Shown here: positions 41,171 through 53,400 of the stretch, piece by piece
How the letters are laid out: each line of letters starts with the position of its first letter
Position numbering within the stretch: the first letter of the stretch is position 1
DNA from: Tubulanus polymorphus
Lineage: Eukaryota; Animalia; Nemertea
DNA length: 64,000 bases
Direction: 5' to 3'
Assembly (NCBI RefSeq): GCF_964204645.1
Contig: NC_134025.1
Location: 19,443,101-19,507,100, forward strand
The notes under the pieces: model-generated
The model's input: only the letters and a program-made list of their open reading frames with translations
Told to the model about the DNA's origin: nothing
Databases searched by the model: none
Position numbers and translations under genes: made by a program

Positions 41171-42901
41171 CGCCATTTTTGCGGGTGAACGGAAAAAATA
41201 GCCAAGGAAAAAATGGCCAAGGTATTTGCCTAGGAAAAAATGGCCAAGGAAAAAATGGCCACGGAAAAAAGGCCAAGGAAGATTAAATAGAAAACAAACC
41301 ATCATTTCATTGACTAATAAGAAATCAAATGCATTGATGTTTTGACATGTCACTTTTTGAGATTATTAGATCTATTCCTCTATTCTATCTATTGTTCTAT
41401 TCCGCCGGGTCCGCATTGTTGAATTTTTTTCCCTATTTTTCCCCCGTTTAATTTTCTTATTCATTCATATCTCTGAATTGGATTAAGATAGAAACAAAGT
41501 AAAAATATCGATGAACTCAGCTGATTTCATGATATTACTCATTTATAAATCGAATGCAACAATGCGCACTGGTGAAGTTATAAACATTGATATCGTCTTC
41601 CCAATAATTCAACTTAATCTTCAGTTGGCGTCGTCACGCCTCACGTGACAGCTTAAACAAAGAGACTAGGTCGTGGTCACGCCTCAAGTGACGGTTCCTA
41701 TTACCCCCGATAGATGGCAAAGTAGTCGAGCCTGGCTGCTGACACTGAGTCAGCATGCTCTATAGAGAGGTCACAAGCGATTGTATATACTCTACACACA
41801 CAGGCAGTATGTACTGGTTGTCTTCGGCAACCAGGAATGTGAGTGTTGTATCAGCGGTTTTGGACCATATTCCTTGTTTCGACATATACCATACCCAGCT
41901 CAATTATCGCTTAGAACATATCAATCTTATCACTAAATAAACTCTCAAATTAATGCTTGAATAAATTTGAACGATTTCTTTGAATTTCATTTGAATAAGT
42001 TTCATTTTTAGGAGCCTAATTATCTGAAAACCCTGGGTCATCTGGGGGGGTCAAGATGACCCCCAGATGACTCCCTGACACGTTTTATATCAAGGAAATG
42101 AGATATCTAGAGGATTCAGAGGATCAACATTGAGGAAACCCAAAGAAACCAAACAACTGAGAAGTGATTACGAAATCAGCGAAAATTGAGCGATTTTCAC
42201 TTTTTTGAGACCCTGAGGATTTTTTGAAATTTCTGACCCCCCAAAGAATAAAATGACTGCCCTGGATGGTTTTCTTGTTGTCCTATGATATTATGAAAGA
42301 AAATAGCTATTTACTATTTTATTTGTATAAGATTCTGGCTTCTAAAGTGCAAAACAAAGACTTTTTTGGTTGCGTGACCTCAACTTGACCTCAGGTTTTG
42401 GGGGGTCCTACCTTGCACCCGTAGGTCCAAACTTTTTATAACTAACATTTTCTGGTAGAGATACCTATTAGCTTCATAACAGATATTGGTTTTAGGAGGG
42501 TCTCTACACTGGAAATGTATCTAACTTTACATAGAAATCATAAGACAATAAAGGCCAAAATTAATTCCCCCACATTGAATGGGTAATGAAGAAATATATC
42601 CCCAGCGAAAGATTGTTGCTCATTGTTGCATTCAAATTTTTGTAATTCTTACAAATTTTAATCTACATTTTCAGAGTTTTCAGGATCAATAGACATCTAT
42701 ATGTAGTCTTATGTGCTTTTAACCATTTTCAATTATCTTTATTAGTTTTTATGTAATTGCGAGTCAAACTTCCAAAATACGTTTTCTAGAGTCCCCTGCG
42801 TGCATCTTTATATCAGGAAATTTCACAATTTTACTGGTCCCTATACTTTGTTGAAATCAAAATTGTCAGTAACTATGGAAATAGAGCACCTATATATTTG
42901 A

Positions 42902-44176
42902 AACTAGGGATCCAGGGACACCACGCCCACTTGGGAAGTGGTTTCAAATGCTCAACAATCTAACAATTTCAATACATAACGCCCCCTAGTGACCATATAC
43001 AAAAACCAATGACCTTGAAACTTACCACAATCATAGAATATGTCAGCACCTATGATTTTTTTATTGATTGTAATAGCAAAATATGCCTCAATTTAATATG
43101 TAAATACTAAGTTATTCTACTATTCAACGCCCCCTGGTGACCATATGCAAACCCAATGACCTTGAAACTAACCACAACCATAGACCATGTCATGAACTAC
43201 AACTTTGCAATTGATCATGGTAACAAAAATATGCCTAGGTACCAATCTTATAAGGAAATACTAAGTTATTGTACTATTCAATGCCCCCTGGTGACCACAT
43301 AGAATAACTAATGTCCTTAAAACTCACCACAATCATAGACGATGTCATGAGCTACAACTTTGCAATTGATTGTGGAAACAAAATATGCAAAGGTGCGAAC
43401 ATGATATGGAAATACTAAGTTATTGTATTATTCATCGCCCCCTGGTGGCCATATACAAAAACCAATGACCTTGAAACTCACCAAAATCATAGAACACGTT
43501 ATGGGCTACAACTTTTTAATTGATTGTGGTAACAAATTATGCTTAGGTATCAACATAATGTGGAAAAACTTTCTCCGACCTACGAATGAGTACTGTTGAC
43601 ACTAAGATGGCCGCCAATTGCGTCATAATTGGCTGATCAAAAATACCTGTCTCAGGTATAAAACATACCTTTCCAAAGAATACCCATCACAAATTGCAAT
43701 GAGAAATGGCAAACCAATAGGAAGCTACAGGACCCAGAATTCCGGCCAAAATTGACATTTTTGGGCACTAAAACGGTCATAGGACGACCATTTTCAGTCT
43801 GATCGACCCAATTTTTGTTATGCTAATGGACCCTTGGTAGATTTAAATACAAACGAATGATCAAGGTAATTGATCAAAGCTTATTCAAAATTTCCCTCAA
43901 AAACTTCAAAAATGTGTAAAAAGTGCTGATTTTGGCGAACAACAGTGGCTGGCAATCGGCCATCTTGATTCTGACAGGGCCAGTTTTTGGGCTGAAGATG
44001 TATCTAGGGTAGATGCATGTATAGACCAAATATCAAGACATTACATTGTCTTCAAAACTTCCCAAAATAACTGGATTCCGTCTACGGACGGACGAACGGA
44101 CAAATGAACACTATGACGGCCGACGACGGATAATCACTCATCAACCACGCTGACCTTCGGTCACAGCAGAGCTAAA
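42902..44176 (+). mobile_element. Helentron/HINE-like element, same family as 6676-7930
   Basis: Colinear similarity over ~1.2 kb; different 3' end (ACCTTCGGTCACAGCAGAGCTAAAA). Confidence 0.72.
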
Positions 44177-44887
44177 AATATGACTATAAAGAATCTTTCT
44201 ATATGGTCGGGTTAGCAAAAAGATAACAACTTCAGTTCAATCAAAGACATTCAAATGAATTCCACTTACAGATAACTAGGCCTAAATCAGTTCACACTGA
44301 ATAGTAAGACAGTTCAAAATAAACGATAGTCCCAAAAGACTTCAGTTAGAGTAAGGGAGGAGGGCGGTAAATTGGGATTTTTGTAAGACATAAGAGATAC
44401 AGGCATTCCGTATTTTGGAAATAAATGAGACTGGTGGTATATCAGAGTGAAGTGTATCGTGACATGACTGTAGAATAATGCCTATTTCAACTTGACTCCA
44501 GAGCACATCGGCTCAGTCAATTTTGGTAGCGCATTAAGTTTGAAGTCTTGTTGCATTCAAGAGTGAATATTTTTGCTTGATGCTAAAGTTAGTGCTTACA
44601 TTATAAAGTATAAAAACCAATTTCCAAGTTAAAAGATTATATATTGAGACTGTGTTTTTAGCAAAACAACAGCACTCAACTCATGAAATAATTCCAGATA
44701 CCAAGTTGGGCCTAGTTGTAAAAATAATATATCTACAGACTCTGAAGAGTTAATAGGTGCACAAAATTAATCAGATTAAATTTGCCACAAGACACAATTA
44801 TTCCCAAAATGAAACTATAAATTCAAGAAAGGATTTAGTAAAAATGATAAAAATTGATTTGCTATAGGCTATCCTTTTATGAATGAC

Positions 44888-45205
44888 CAGTTGAATAAGA
44901 GAAAAATCCTCCATTTTGTGAAATTTCTTGAATTTGAACATTGCCACCATGCCTACGTCACCCTGATTTAGTTGTTGAAACCCCATAAGAAAAATAACTC
45001 CATTTCATAGGCATGTAGTTAGTTACCTAATCATTGGTGGTAAGCTTTTTATAATCGGATGAGCTTATACCAACTTATATGTGGTTTGTGAAAATATCCG
45101 ATGGTGAAACGAAACCACAGACAGGTTACTGACTAATAGACATGGTGACAATGTTCAAATTCAAGAAATTTCACAAAATGGAGATTTTCTCTCTTATTCA
45201 ACTGG
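44888..45205. mobile_element. MITE-like inverted repeat (~63-bp arms)
   Basis: 44888-44952 is the reverse complement of 45141-45205. Confidence 0.7.
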
Positions 45206-45425
45206 GATAGGCCTAAAGGAGTCTTTTGTCAATCCATCTAATTGGTGCAGAACTGGAATAATATCGGATATTCAGTGGTTGTCCGCGATTTTTGGCACTT
45301 GTTAAGACCTAAATGAGGTATGTACCCCAAAAAGTAAGTGAAATATCCCACAAAGGCCACAGAGAGAAACGTCTCATAGGCCTACCCAATAACAAATGGA
45401 CATTATAATTAATACCGGTACCCAC

Positions 45426-45516
45426 TTAGATTCGGTCTTTTCGTGTCATATTCGCCAACAACAGCAACTGATTTTCCTTCGAGTAAGAAACTGAGTTCTA
45501 GTTCCAATCCTTCCAT
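45426..45516 (-). CDS. NUDT18: NUDT18-like Nudix hydrolase (8-oxo-dGDP phosphatase), exon 1
   Basis: ATG at 45516; MEGLELELSFLLEGKSVAVVGEYDTKRPNL; donor A|GTggg, phase 1 fits exon 2. Confidence 0.75.
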
Positions 45517-45671
45517 TAGAAATCGGACGATATCACTTTCGTTTTAGGATTTGTTTATGGAAATATGCTCAACGACCTTGAAAGCGCTCCTTGAATAATA
45601 TTTCTCCTGATTAGGATATTCACGGAGCGACCCCTTTCTCGTTTGGGAAGTAATCAAACATCTGTCAAATA
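45517..45671. promoter_or_regulatory. Candidate bidirectional promoter / shared 5' region of NUDT18 and AMN1
   Basis: 155 bp between the divergent inferred start codons. Confidence 0.6.
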
Positions 45672-45727
45672 ATGGGTACTACAACAGATTTTTTCTGGAC
45701 TCAACAGGTTTCTTCACTGTTGTCAAT
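45672..45727 (+). CDS. AMN1: AMN1 homolog (LRR protein), exon 1
   Basis: ATG 45672; MGTTTDFFWTQQVSSLLS(M), cf. RRVSQLLDL; donor AT|GTaagt, phase 2 fits exon 2. Confidence 0.78.
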
Positions 45728-45924
45728 GTAAGTTAACCATCATTTCAATTTTCCAACTTGATGTTACAAAAAATTTAGTTTTCTAGATACCGGTTCACAG
45801 GGACTTGTCACAATTGATAGTGAATGAATATAACCACAATGACAATGACCAACCCTAGTATCCCAGTATGATATTTTTTTATTATACATACAAGGATACT
45901 GGGGTTGGTCATTAATACTTATGG

Positions 45925-46256
45925 CACAGGGGTTTGGCGATGGGCTTGGATTTTATTTCCGGGTTGTTGATAATCTCGCGAGAATGGCGCTAAATATGAA
46001 CTGCGAATAAATTCAAAATATCACGGAAATACCTTGTGTTTATATTGTTTATTTATCCGCTATAAAGTTCTGATAAACAATTGGTCGTTAAGAATCATTA
46101 TCAGACGGTCGTCACGCTACTATATAAAAGAACAAGGGATGAAACGCCTTCAGAGTTGTGCCAGCCAGAAAGTTGGGAATGTCACGTGACTGTCCATTCT
46201 CGCGAGATTATCAACAACCCGGAAATAAAATCCAAGCCCATCGCCAAACCCCTGTA
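45925..46256. mobile_element. MITE with ~60-bp TIRs and 8-bp TSD (hAT-like)
   Basis: ACAGGGGTTTGGCGATGGGCTTGG...CCAAGCCCATCGCCAAACCCCTGT; ACTTATGG at 45917-45924 and 46257-46264. Confidence 0.88.
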
Positions 46257-46261
46257 ACTTA

Positions 46262-46945
46262 TGGTGGCTGATAAGGGCCATAGCGTAAAATTCCTGGTAT
46301 GTAAATGAGGGTGCCAGAACGCCAGAACGAAAAAAAACGACGTCCAATTTTCTCTGAAAGTTCGTTTTGGCGCACCAAAACAAAAAATATTCCGCTTTGG
46401 CGCCCCGCCAAAACAAAGTTTCAATATGGCACCCCGCCAAAACGAATTTTCGTTTCGGCGCCCTCGCCTAAATGAATTTTCATTTTCAAAACGAACTTTC
46501 ATTTTGGCGCCCCTGCCAAAACAAAGAATATTCCGTTTTGGCGCCCCCGCCAAAACGAACTTTCATTTTGGCGCATCCGCCAAAACGAACTTTCAATCAC
46601 GTGAAATAATTCTATATATGCAAATTTATGCAAATTACACACAGGATCAACGCGCCAAATTGAAAAATAATTTTACTGTGGTTGAATGCTTGTTTTGGCA
46701 GGGGCGCCAAAACGGAAATAACCGCGCTAAAACGGAATATTCTTTCTTTTGGCGCGCCAAAACGAACTTTCATAGAAATTTCGACGTTTTTCGTTGTTTT
46801 GGCGGGGGCGCCAAAACGGAATTTTCTTTGTTTTGGCGCGCCAAAACGAACTTTTAAAGAAAATTGGACGTTTTTTTCGTTTTGGCGTTCTGGCGCCCTA
46901 ATTTACATACCAGGAACTTAAGGCTATGGCCCTTATCAGCCACCA
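46262..46945. mobile_element. Foldback-type MITE with internal GCCAAAAC repeats, TA TSD
   Basis: TGGTGGCTGATAAGGGCCATAGC / GCTATGGCCCTTATCAGCCACCA; the same terminus occurs at ~9859-9880. Confidence 0.85.
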
Positions 46946-47418
46946 TAGATATTGGTTTTATTCATTCACTATCAATTGTGACAAGTCCCTGTGACCCCTT
47001 TACCCCTTCATTTCACACGTTGTGTGTGCAAGACTAAAACTTAACCAATTCATATTCGACAATGTGTAATGTAGGCCTAATCAATTAAATTACTGGTACC
47101 GGTACATGTAATTAGGCCTACTTAGTACACAAGGGGGGGTTGACACCATAGCTAGCCGGGGGTCCAAATCAAAGATTCCACCCAGAGGGCAGAATCCTAG
47201 AACTTACCACCTGGCTTGTTTTTGCGATAGATAGGGCCTTAGTCTAAAAAACTCTTATCTAAATATGTTTTATATGGTTTGAACATATCTGCTTCATAAT
47301 TCCTGTGTTTGTATCTATTTGTCCTATTCATATATCTTTGTATTGTTTCTTAGCTCTCGGTTCCCTTCCTTAGTAACCTCTATAATTTTGAATTACTGTT
47401 ATTCATATTGCGTTTTTG

Positions 47419-47464
47419 TTCTTCTGATGATCGGGCTTAATTAAAGCTACGAAACTGTCAAGAA
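47419..47464 (+). ncRNA. Hammerhead-ribozyme-like motif (type I, minimal) in a probable solo Penelope pLTR
   Basis: TTCTT-CTGATGA-(TCG GGCTT AATTA AAGCT AC)-GAAAC-T-GTC-AAGAA: 5-bp stem I, canonical core, GUC cleavage triplet, imperfect stem II base. Confidence 0.6.
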
Positions 47465-48582
47465 AATATACTACAGATTTACAATTTTACAGACCTAACT
47501 GTGGGTTTTTATTTGTTAACCCATTACCATGTATATCTTTAAAGTTAAACATGCTTACTACACAGTCTACGATGACTTCATCTTTATCAGCAGTTTATAT
47601 ATCATTGGAAATCCAAGAACGAATCCATCTTTGTGCTTAAAAATAAAATGTACTCAGTTGATCCACAGGCACTTGAATATGGGCTTTGACCTTGTTGGTG
47701 TGTTAAAAATGATAAAATTTATCGTAATCTACGATAAAAACACCAACGGGGTTGCCGTCTTGATTATCCATGATGCAACTGTTTTACCCATGATCCAATG
47801 CGCATCCCTCGTCTTACTATACTATACAGAAAGGCTGGAAACGCTCCTATATCCGTAATGCTTAAATCTACCTGCAAATATCGGGACAGATGACGTCACA
47901 GCAATCCCAAAGAGGCATCGCAAATTTTCAAAAATCAATTTTGTTGCCAGTTAAAATCTTTAATGGAGCTAAAACAGTGTCAATGTTTCCAAAAAATCAT
48001 CTACAATTGAAATTATGGGCGCTCCTTATATTTCAGGATTAAAATTGACACAAAATTGTCTCTCATCCTTTCAGAAATATCATATTTTCGAATGTATTTC
48101 TTCAAAGATATCTAATAATATTGGTGGGACTCTTCCCTAGTAGCATATGAAAGGCTGCTTTACTCAAGAAAATGCCTTTTTTTTCTTCTGGACGATGGCC
48201 TACTAAATTTCCTAGATCCGCCCCTGGTGGTACCTAGGATACTGGGTCGAATCTTTGATTTTGGAGCCCCCAGCTTTGAAGTGAACTGGTACCAAGTCTT
48301 TCAGACTTTCCGATAATACTTTTGTGTAATTGAATTCAATGTAATGTAAATTAAATAAATTGTTACTATGATCTGCATGGTACTCTTTTCATTGAAACCG
48401 ACAAATGCTCGCATTTTGTATGACTGTTACCTACATATTGTTACATGGTGTATTACGCAATGATCTGTGCAGGCCTAGGTGCTGGCACTAATTCTGCTTG
48501 ACCATTTAAGAAAACTACATGTTTAAACCACCAACTATTTAATTTAATTTCTCACAATTTGCATCATTTCTAACCCTTGCAG

Positions 48583-48715
48583 GTCTGTTGAGTCACTGGT
48601 AAAATGCTCACCAAGATACATTGATGATATAAGTATCTTACCTTCCACGCTGAAAGACCAGATTATAAAACTCATGGCTAAAAGAGGTTTTATTACTGAT
48701 AATAATTTACATAAG
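48583..48715 (+). CDS. AMN1: AMN1 homolog exon 2
   Basis: SVESLVKCSPRYIDDISILPSTLKDQIIKLMAKRGFITDNNLHK, cf. [35 protein letters not shown]; the phase-0 donor reads AAG|TTAAGT (non-canonical, see findings). Confidence 0.85.
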
Positions 48716-48820
48716 TTAAGTATTTTCTGGGATTGAGTTTCCTTAGCTTAAGTGCCAATGAAGTCTGTGTGAAAGTCCCTGTTGAAATATACTACATTGT
48801 AGGCTACTTACTAATGTATC

Positions 48821-50323
48821 GGTCATTCTGCTGAAAACGTTGAATTCTGACCAGGACAAAATGAAAATTTTCATGAGGAGAAATTGATGTGAATTACTTT
48901 GCCTGTGGTAACAGATGATATAGCTATACTAAATATATGTTTTGCCAAGCTTAAATGTCTTTTGTTGGGTAAATATTTGCTTTTGAATTCGGACAGAGGA
49001 CTAAATTTGTCATTCCTGTTGCGGGACACCTAGGGTAAAAGTCGATATGTTATTCATAATATTTTCCTGAATATTTCGTGGATTATTAAAAGATTACATG
49101 AGTGATATATCATGCAAAAACAAATCTTAAACAGTCCAGATAACTTGAAGAGTTCAGGAAACAAAACAAAAATTAGAAAAATCTTATTTCAAGGACACAA
49201 AAATTCTTGTTTTTTCTTTTTTATAAGTTGAGTATTCTCCATTTCTCATTTTCAGATCCTTGAAAGTAGTTCGAACAATATTTCAAATGCAAAAAACACA
49301 ATTCATTTTGAAATCTCTAAAAATTATAACAAAAGTTATAACCAACGGGAATGACATCAGCATATTAATAGGAATGACCTGTCATTCCTGTTACAATTTC
49401 TGTTACGGTACATGCAGATGTACAAATGGTTACTAAATTGAGGGAAAGTGCCTACCAGAGGAAGAAAAGTAAATGCAGGTTAGCCTTCATTTTGTATAGC
49501 CTACTGGGGCATTGATTCAGTAAGTGGAGGATTGTGTCATTCCTGTTACCATTATGTCCTGTTACGAATGCTAACTGTAACAGGAATGACTGTAAAAGTA
49601 ATGACAAAACGTCCTTTCAATATCAACCACGTGCTTATTTATATGCATTCCTAGAACTGAAAATAGTAATTTACTTCATCTTTAAACCTCCAATTAAGAA
49701 AGATAATTTCACAGTCTGATAAAGTAAGGCTAGTTCTCATAAAATAGCGTAACAGGAATGACTCAGAAAATGTTTACACTTAAAAAAATCACAATCTAAC
49801 CTGGAAAATGAACAGTCAACAGTTTGAAACTACCGCTATTTTCAGTCATGTGATACTGTTTGCTCCCATGCATCATCTTTCATTCAGAATATTAATCAAT
49901 CACAACATAAACAATGTGTTTTTACTTACTGAGTGCTTGGTAACAGGAATGACATGAAAATTGGAGACAGAGCTAATTGTTATTTTTTCTCCATTCTGCG
50001 GAGGAAATAAGTTGAATGAATTGATTTCCAGATTAACCTGATAATAAGCTTTTAGAAAATATATAGTTTTACCATCTACCAATGAATTCAATGAAAGTTA
50101 TAATATGCGAAATAGAATGAAGTCAAGGTGGAGACAGTGCATTTCAAGCAAAAATCTCATTTTTGATGATAATAATGATAATAATTATTATATACTGACA
50201 TGATTTTTTTTTTAAAAATCAGCTTGAATGTGTATTCAATCAGAACAAACATTTCTCAATAAGAATATTTGTACATAATTTTTTTGAAGGGAGACCAGTT
50301 TTCAACGTTTACGGGAGAATGAC
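48821..50323. mobile_element. Non-autonomous TIR element with repeated GTCATTCCTGTTAC motifs
   Basis: GGTCATTCTGCTGAAAACGTTGAA / TTCAACGTTTACGGGAGAATGACC imperfect TIR; motif recurs in both orientations. Confidence 0.65.
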
Positions 50324-50468
50324 CAGTATAATTTCTCTAAATTGATATTGGAGCTGACAATATCAGCATAAGTTGGAAATAATTAAGAAGCCTACTGATA
50401 CATGTATTGCTTGAAAACGGGTTTTCTGTAATCATCTGTTTCATAAACATATGTACATGTATTAATAG

Positions 50469-50613
50469 GTGATATCAAATTCCTTAAAAGTTCTTGATTT
50501 GAGTGAATGTGAAGTGACAGATACTGGCTTGCTCAAACTTTCCAAGTGTCAGAATATTAGAAAGATTGATTTGAATTCAGCAAAGTCATCTCGTGATGAT
50601 GTCACATCAGCTG
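50469..50613 (+). CDS. AMN1: AMN1 homolog exon 3 (LRR)
   Basis: VISNSLKVLDLSECEVTDTGLLKLSKCQNIRKIDLNSAKSSRDDVTSA; AG/GT. Confidence 0.9.
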
Positions 50614-50936
50614 GTCAGTATATTCCCTGCTTTTGCCAATTGTTAATCGCAAATGAGCCAGTTGCTTGAAGATTGTTCATTTTGGCTGAGCTGATTGAAT
50701 TTGAGTCGAAAGTTGAATTGGTTTTTCAATCATTGAACTCCAAAATCACCGAAGAATTTTTTACCTTGGTTACAGCAGACAAAGGTTTAAATGAAATTAA
50801 ATTTTTGAATTTAAAATAAAGATTTTGATATTATCCCTGAGGCTTGATATGGTCCATGAATATTTGAATGAAATAGGATATCTCAGAAACGGGATAAATT
50901 TTACGTGTCATTAAAGTGTTGATTCTACTTATATAG

Positions 50937-51154
50937 GTGTTATCCATGTTGCACATTGCTGTCCATTGTTAGAAGTTGTTTATTTGAGACGTTGTACCAG
51001 TTTAACAGATGAAGGTGTAGAGGTTTTAGCCGCTAACTGTCCTCGACTTCGTGAACTTAATATTGGCGGTGTTTGTTTACTCACAGACAGGTCACTCGAT
51101 GCTTTGGGACAACATTGCCGACATCTCAGTTCTCTCAACATCTCAAAAGCAAAT
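50937..51154 (+). CDS. AMN1: AMN1 homolog exon 4 (LRR)
   Basis: GVIHVAHCCPLLEVVYLRRCTSLTDEGVEVLAANCPRLRELNIGGVCLLTDRSLDALGQHCRHLSSLNISKAN; AG/GT. Confidence 0.92.
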
Positions 51155-51473
51155 GTATGTGCACGGTGAGCCTTGTCTGTGCTTGGTGAAATACATGTGC
51201 AGTAAACCTTGCCTGACTGGGACATAGCTAATTCGGACTTAAGATTAACTCGGACTTAACTACGCAATCATTTTCTGACTTCCATATGTATTTTTAGAAC
51301 TGAAGACTCGGACCAATTTTGCCCGATACAGTTTTTCAGTGAGTTAGTCAAGGTTTGCTATAGCATGATTTACTTTTCAAACTAAGGGACAGGCATATTT
51401 GAATATGTTAAAATTCCCTGATAATGAACCTGAAGTAAGGCCTATGGTAACTGAAATTTATGGGCTAATCGTA

Positions 51474-51923
51474 AAGCTAACATACATCGACAAAGCGACT
51501 GGAGACAACTAGTTGCTAATGAACATCGTAAATTTAGTAAAAACCAGCAAATGCGCGGCTAATGCCAGTCGCTAGGTCCATACCGCACATATCGACAGCA
51601 ACTGAGATGTTTTTTAGCAAATATTCTTGAGGGCATCACAAGTCACTGACAAATAGCTTTGTTTTAGTCAGTTACAACCATGTGTTGTTGGTTATGGAGC
51701 GCTCACATCGATGGATATGAGAGCAACTGAGTACAACTAGTTGCTCAAAAGTAGAACATGGGCAACTGGCTGGAACTGGAGATAGATGGACGCTAACCAG
51801 TCATAAGCTCGCTCACATCGACAAATTCGAGCAACTGATTGTATCCAGCCAGTTGCTCTCATGCGCCCAAAACTGCCCGGCAACTAGTTGTCTCCAATCG
51901 CAGTGTCGATGTAGGCTAGGCTT
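51474..51923. mobile_element. MITE
   Basis: TACATCGACAAAGCGACTGGAGACAACTAGTTGC / GCAACTAGTTGTCTCCAATCGCAGTGTCGATGTA. Confidence 0.7.
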
Positions 51924-52230
51924 CATACCCTTTCGGTGGGGACTATCTTTATTGATTATGAATTCTACATGGAAAATTTATTTTCCTTTGTTTTGACTTA
52001 AATTTCAAAATCAATTTGAATGCGCTTCTAATGAGGCAAGGCCCATAAAACTAATATCGTTTATGAAACCAGTAGTAAGAGCTACCAGAAAATGTTCAGT
52101 TTACAAAGTTAGAACATCTGGTTGAACAACCAGTGACCTAGATCTTGAGGTTAAATTTAGGTCACGTATATGTTTACATGATCTAGTTTTGCTACCATCA
52201 TAAAAACATTGCTACATGATATATGATATA

Positions 52231-52855
52231 CCGTATTTTCCGGCCAATAAGCCGACTCGGCCAATAAGCCGAGGGCAGTTTTTTAGCCTAAAATACATGG
52301 ATTTCATAAAGCTTCGCCCAATAAGCCGAGGCCCTTCATCAGAGATTTTAATTCACTGATTTGTCAATTAGTTCGTCTTAATTGACGATTTAAGAGGCTG
52401 ACAGTAGCGCCCGTCGATGTGTGAGAGTGCTGTGTATACTATCATCGCCGAGTGACTGTGCTATATATAGACTCACTCAGCTGATTACTATACACACAGC
52501 CATACACGCAGTACGCGGCTCACTGCTGATTTGCATATATACTAATGTATGAACTGACACGTGGTAGTACGATGAACTCGCGCGTTATATAAATGTATAC
52601 CATTGCCGCTGTGCGGTGATGGAACAATCAAAGTAAAAATAAAATAGTTCAAAATAGATTATAATTGGTAGTAAATAATTACCTCAAATAAATATCGACC
52701 ACTTTTCTTGATTTTGACGATCATTGAGAGCATTAGAGTGGCATAGATCGGGAAGTGATTTTTTATGTCAGATCGTATCCGCCCAATAAGCCGATCACGA
52801 TATTTTGGGTAAAAATCTGAGGCTAGAAAATCGGCTTATTGGCCGGAAAATACGG
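52231..52855. mobile_element. Tc1/mariner (Tc2/pogo-type) MITE
   Basis: TA-CCGTATTTTCCGGCCAATAAGCCGA...TCGGCTTATTGGCCGGAAAATACGG-TA. Confidence 0.88.
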
Positions 52856-53343
52856 TAACTTGTGTGTAAAAACTTGCCAGTACATGTATTAGTTCAGGAA
52901 TAATTGGATAATGATAATTTCAAGTTATATTTATAGGCCATTCAAATACTTCAAAAACTAGATTACCTAGATAACCAGTACCACAAACAGAAACAAAAAG
53001 AAAACATTCTCTCAGAGTGACAGGTTCATCCCTGGAGCTGGTAGCATTGAGAATCATTTTCAATGTAAATTCAAAGACGTGTCCTACGAATGATGTCTTG
53101 AGAATCAATGAAAATCAAGATTAGACTGATACTAGAGGTTGAATCAGTCATTTAGTTTACCACTAGTAAAGTATTAAAAGGATCAAACTTCGGTCATGAG
53201 CTTGATCATGATCTAGGGCAATTAGTTCTAGGTCCAAACCAAAATTATTTATGTCTTAGTATACATTTATGTCTTAGTATACATTAAAGAGGCTCTATCA
53301 ACATTGTGTGGCTACCTTTTTGTAGTTATTTTTTCTTTCAAAG

Positions 53344-53400
53344 GTGACGGATGAAGGTATAATGAACTTTGTGATGGGCTGCGGTGCTGGATCTCTCAAG
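53344..53400 (+). CDS. AMN1: AMN1 homolog exon 5
   Basis: VTDEGIMNFVMGCGAGSLK, cf. VSDSGVIALVSGPCAKKLE; aAG| and |GTaaac. Confidence 0.85.

Larger units (their letters stand above)
45792..46997. mobile_element. Outer MITE enclosing the two elements above
   Basis: TCACAGGGACTTGTCACAATTGATAGTGAATGAATA / TATTCATTCACTATCAATTGTGACAAGTCCCTGTGA. Confidence 0.8.

Noticed and set aside
41195-41282. GKNGQ peptide repeat ORF
   Set aside because: Short ~15-bp tandem repeat (AAAAAATGGCCAAGG) typical of a MITE end, not coding.
46150-46921. Overlapping ORFs on both strands
   Set aside because: Produced by MITE inverted and tandem repeats.
47560-47880. Protein-like minus-strand stretch (MDNQDGNPVGVFIVDYDKF...)
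   Set aside because: Contains stops, has no recognisable motif and lies between inverted repeats; left unassigned.
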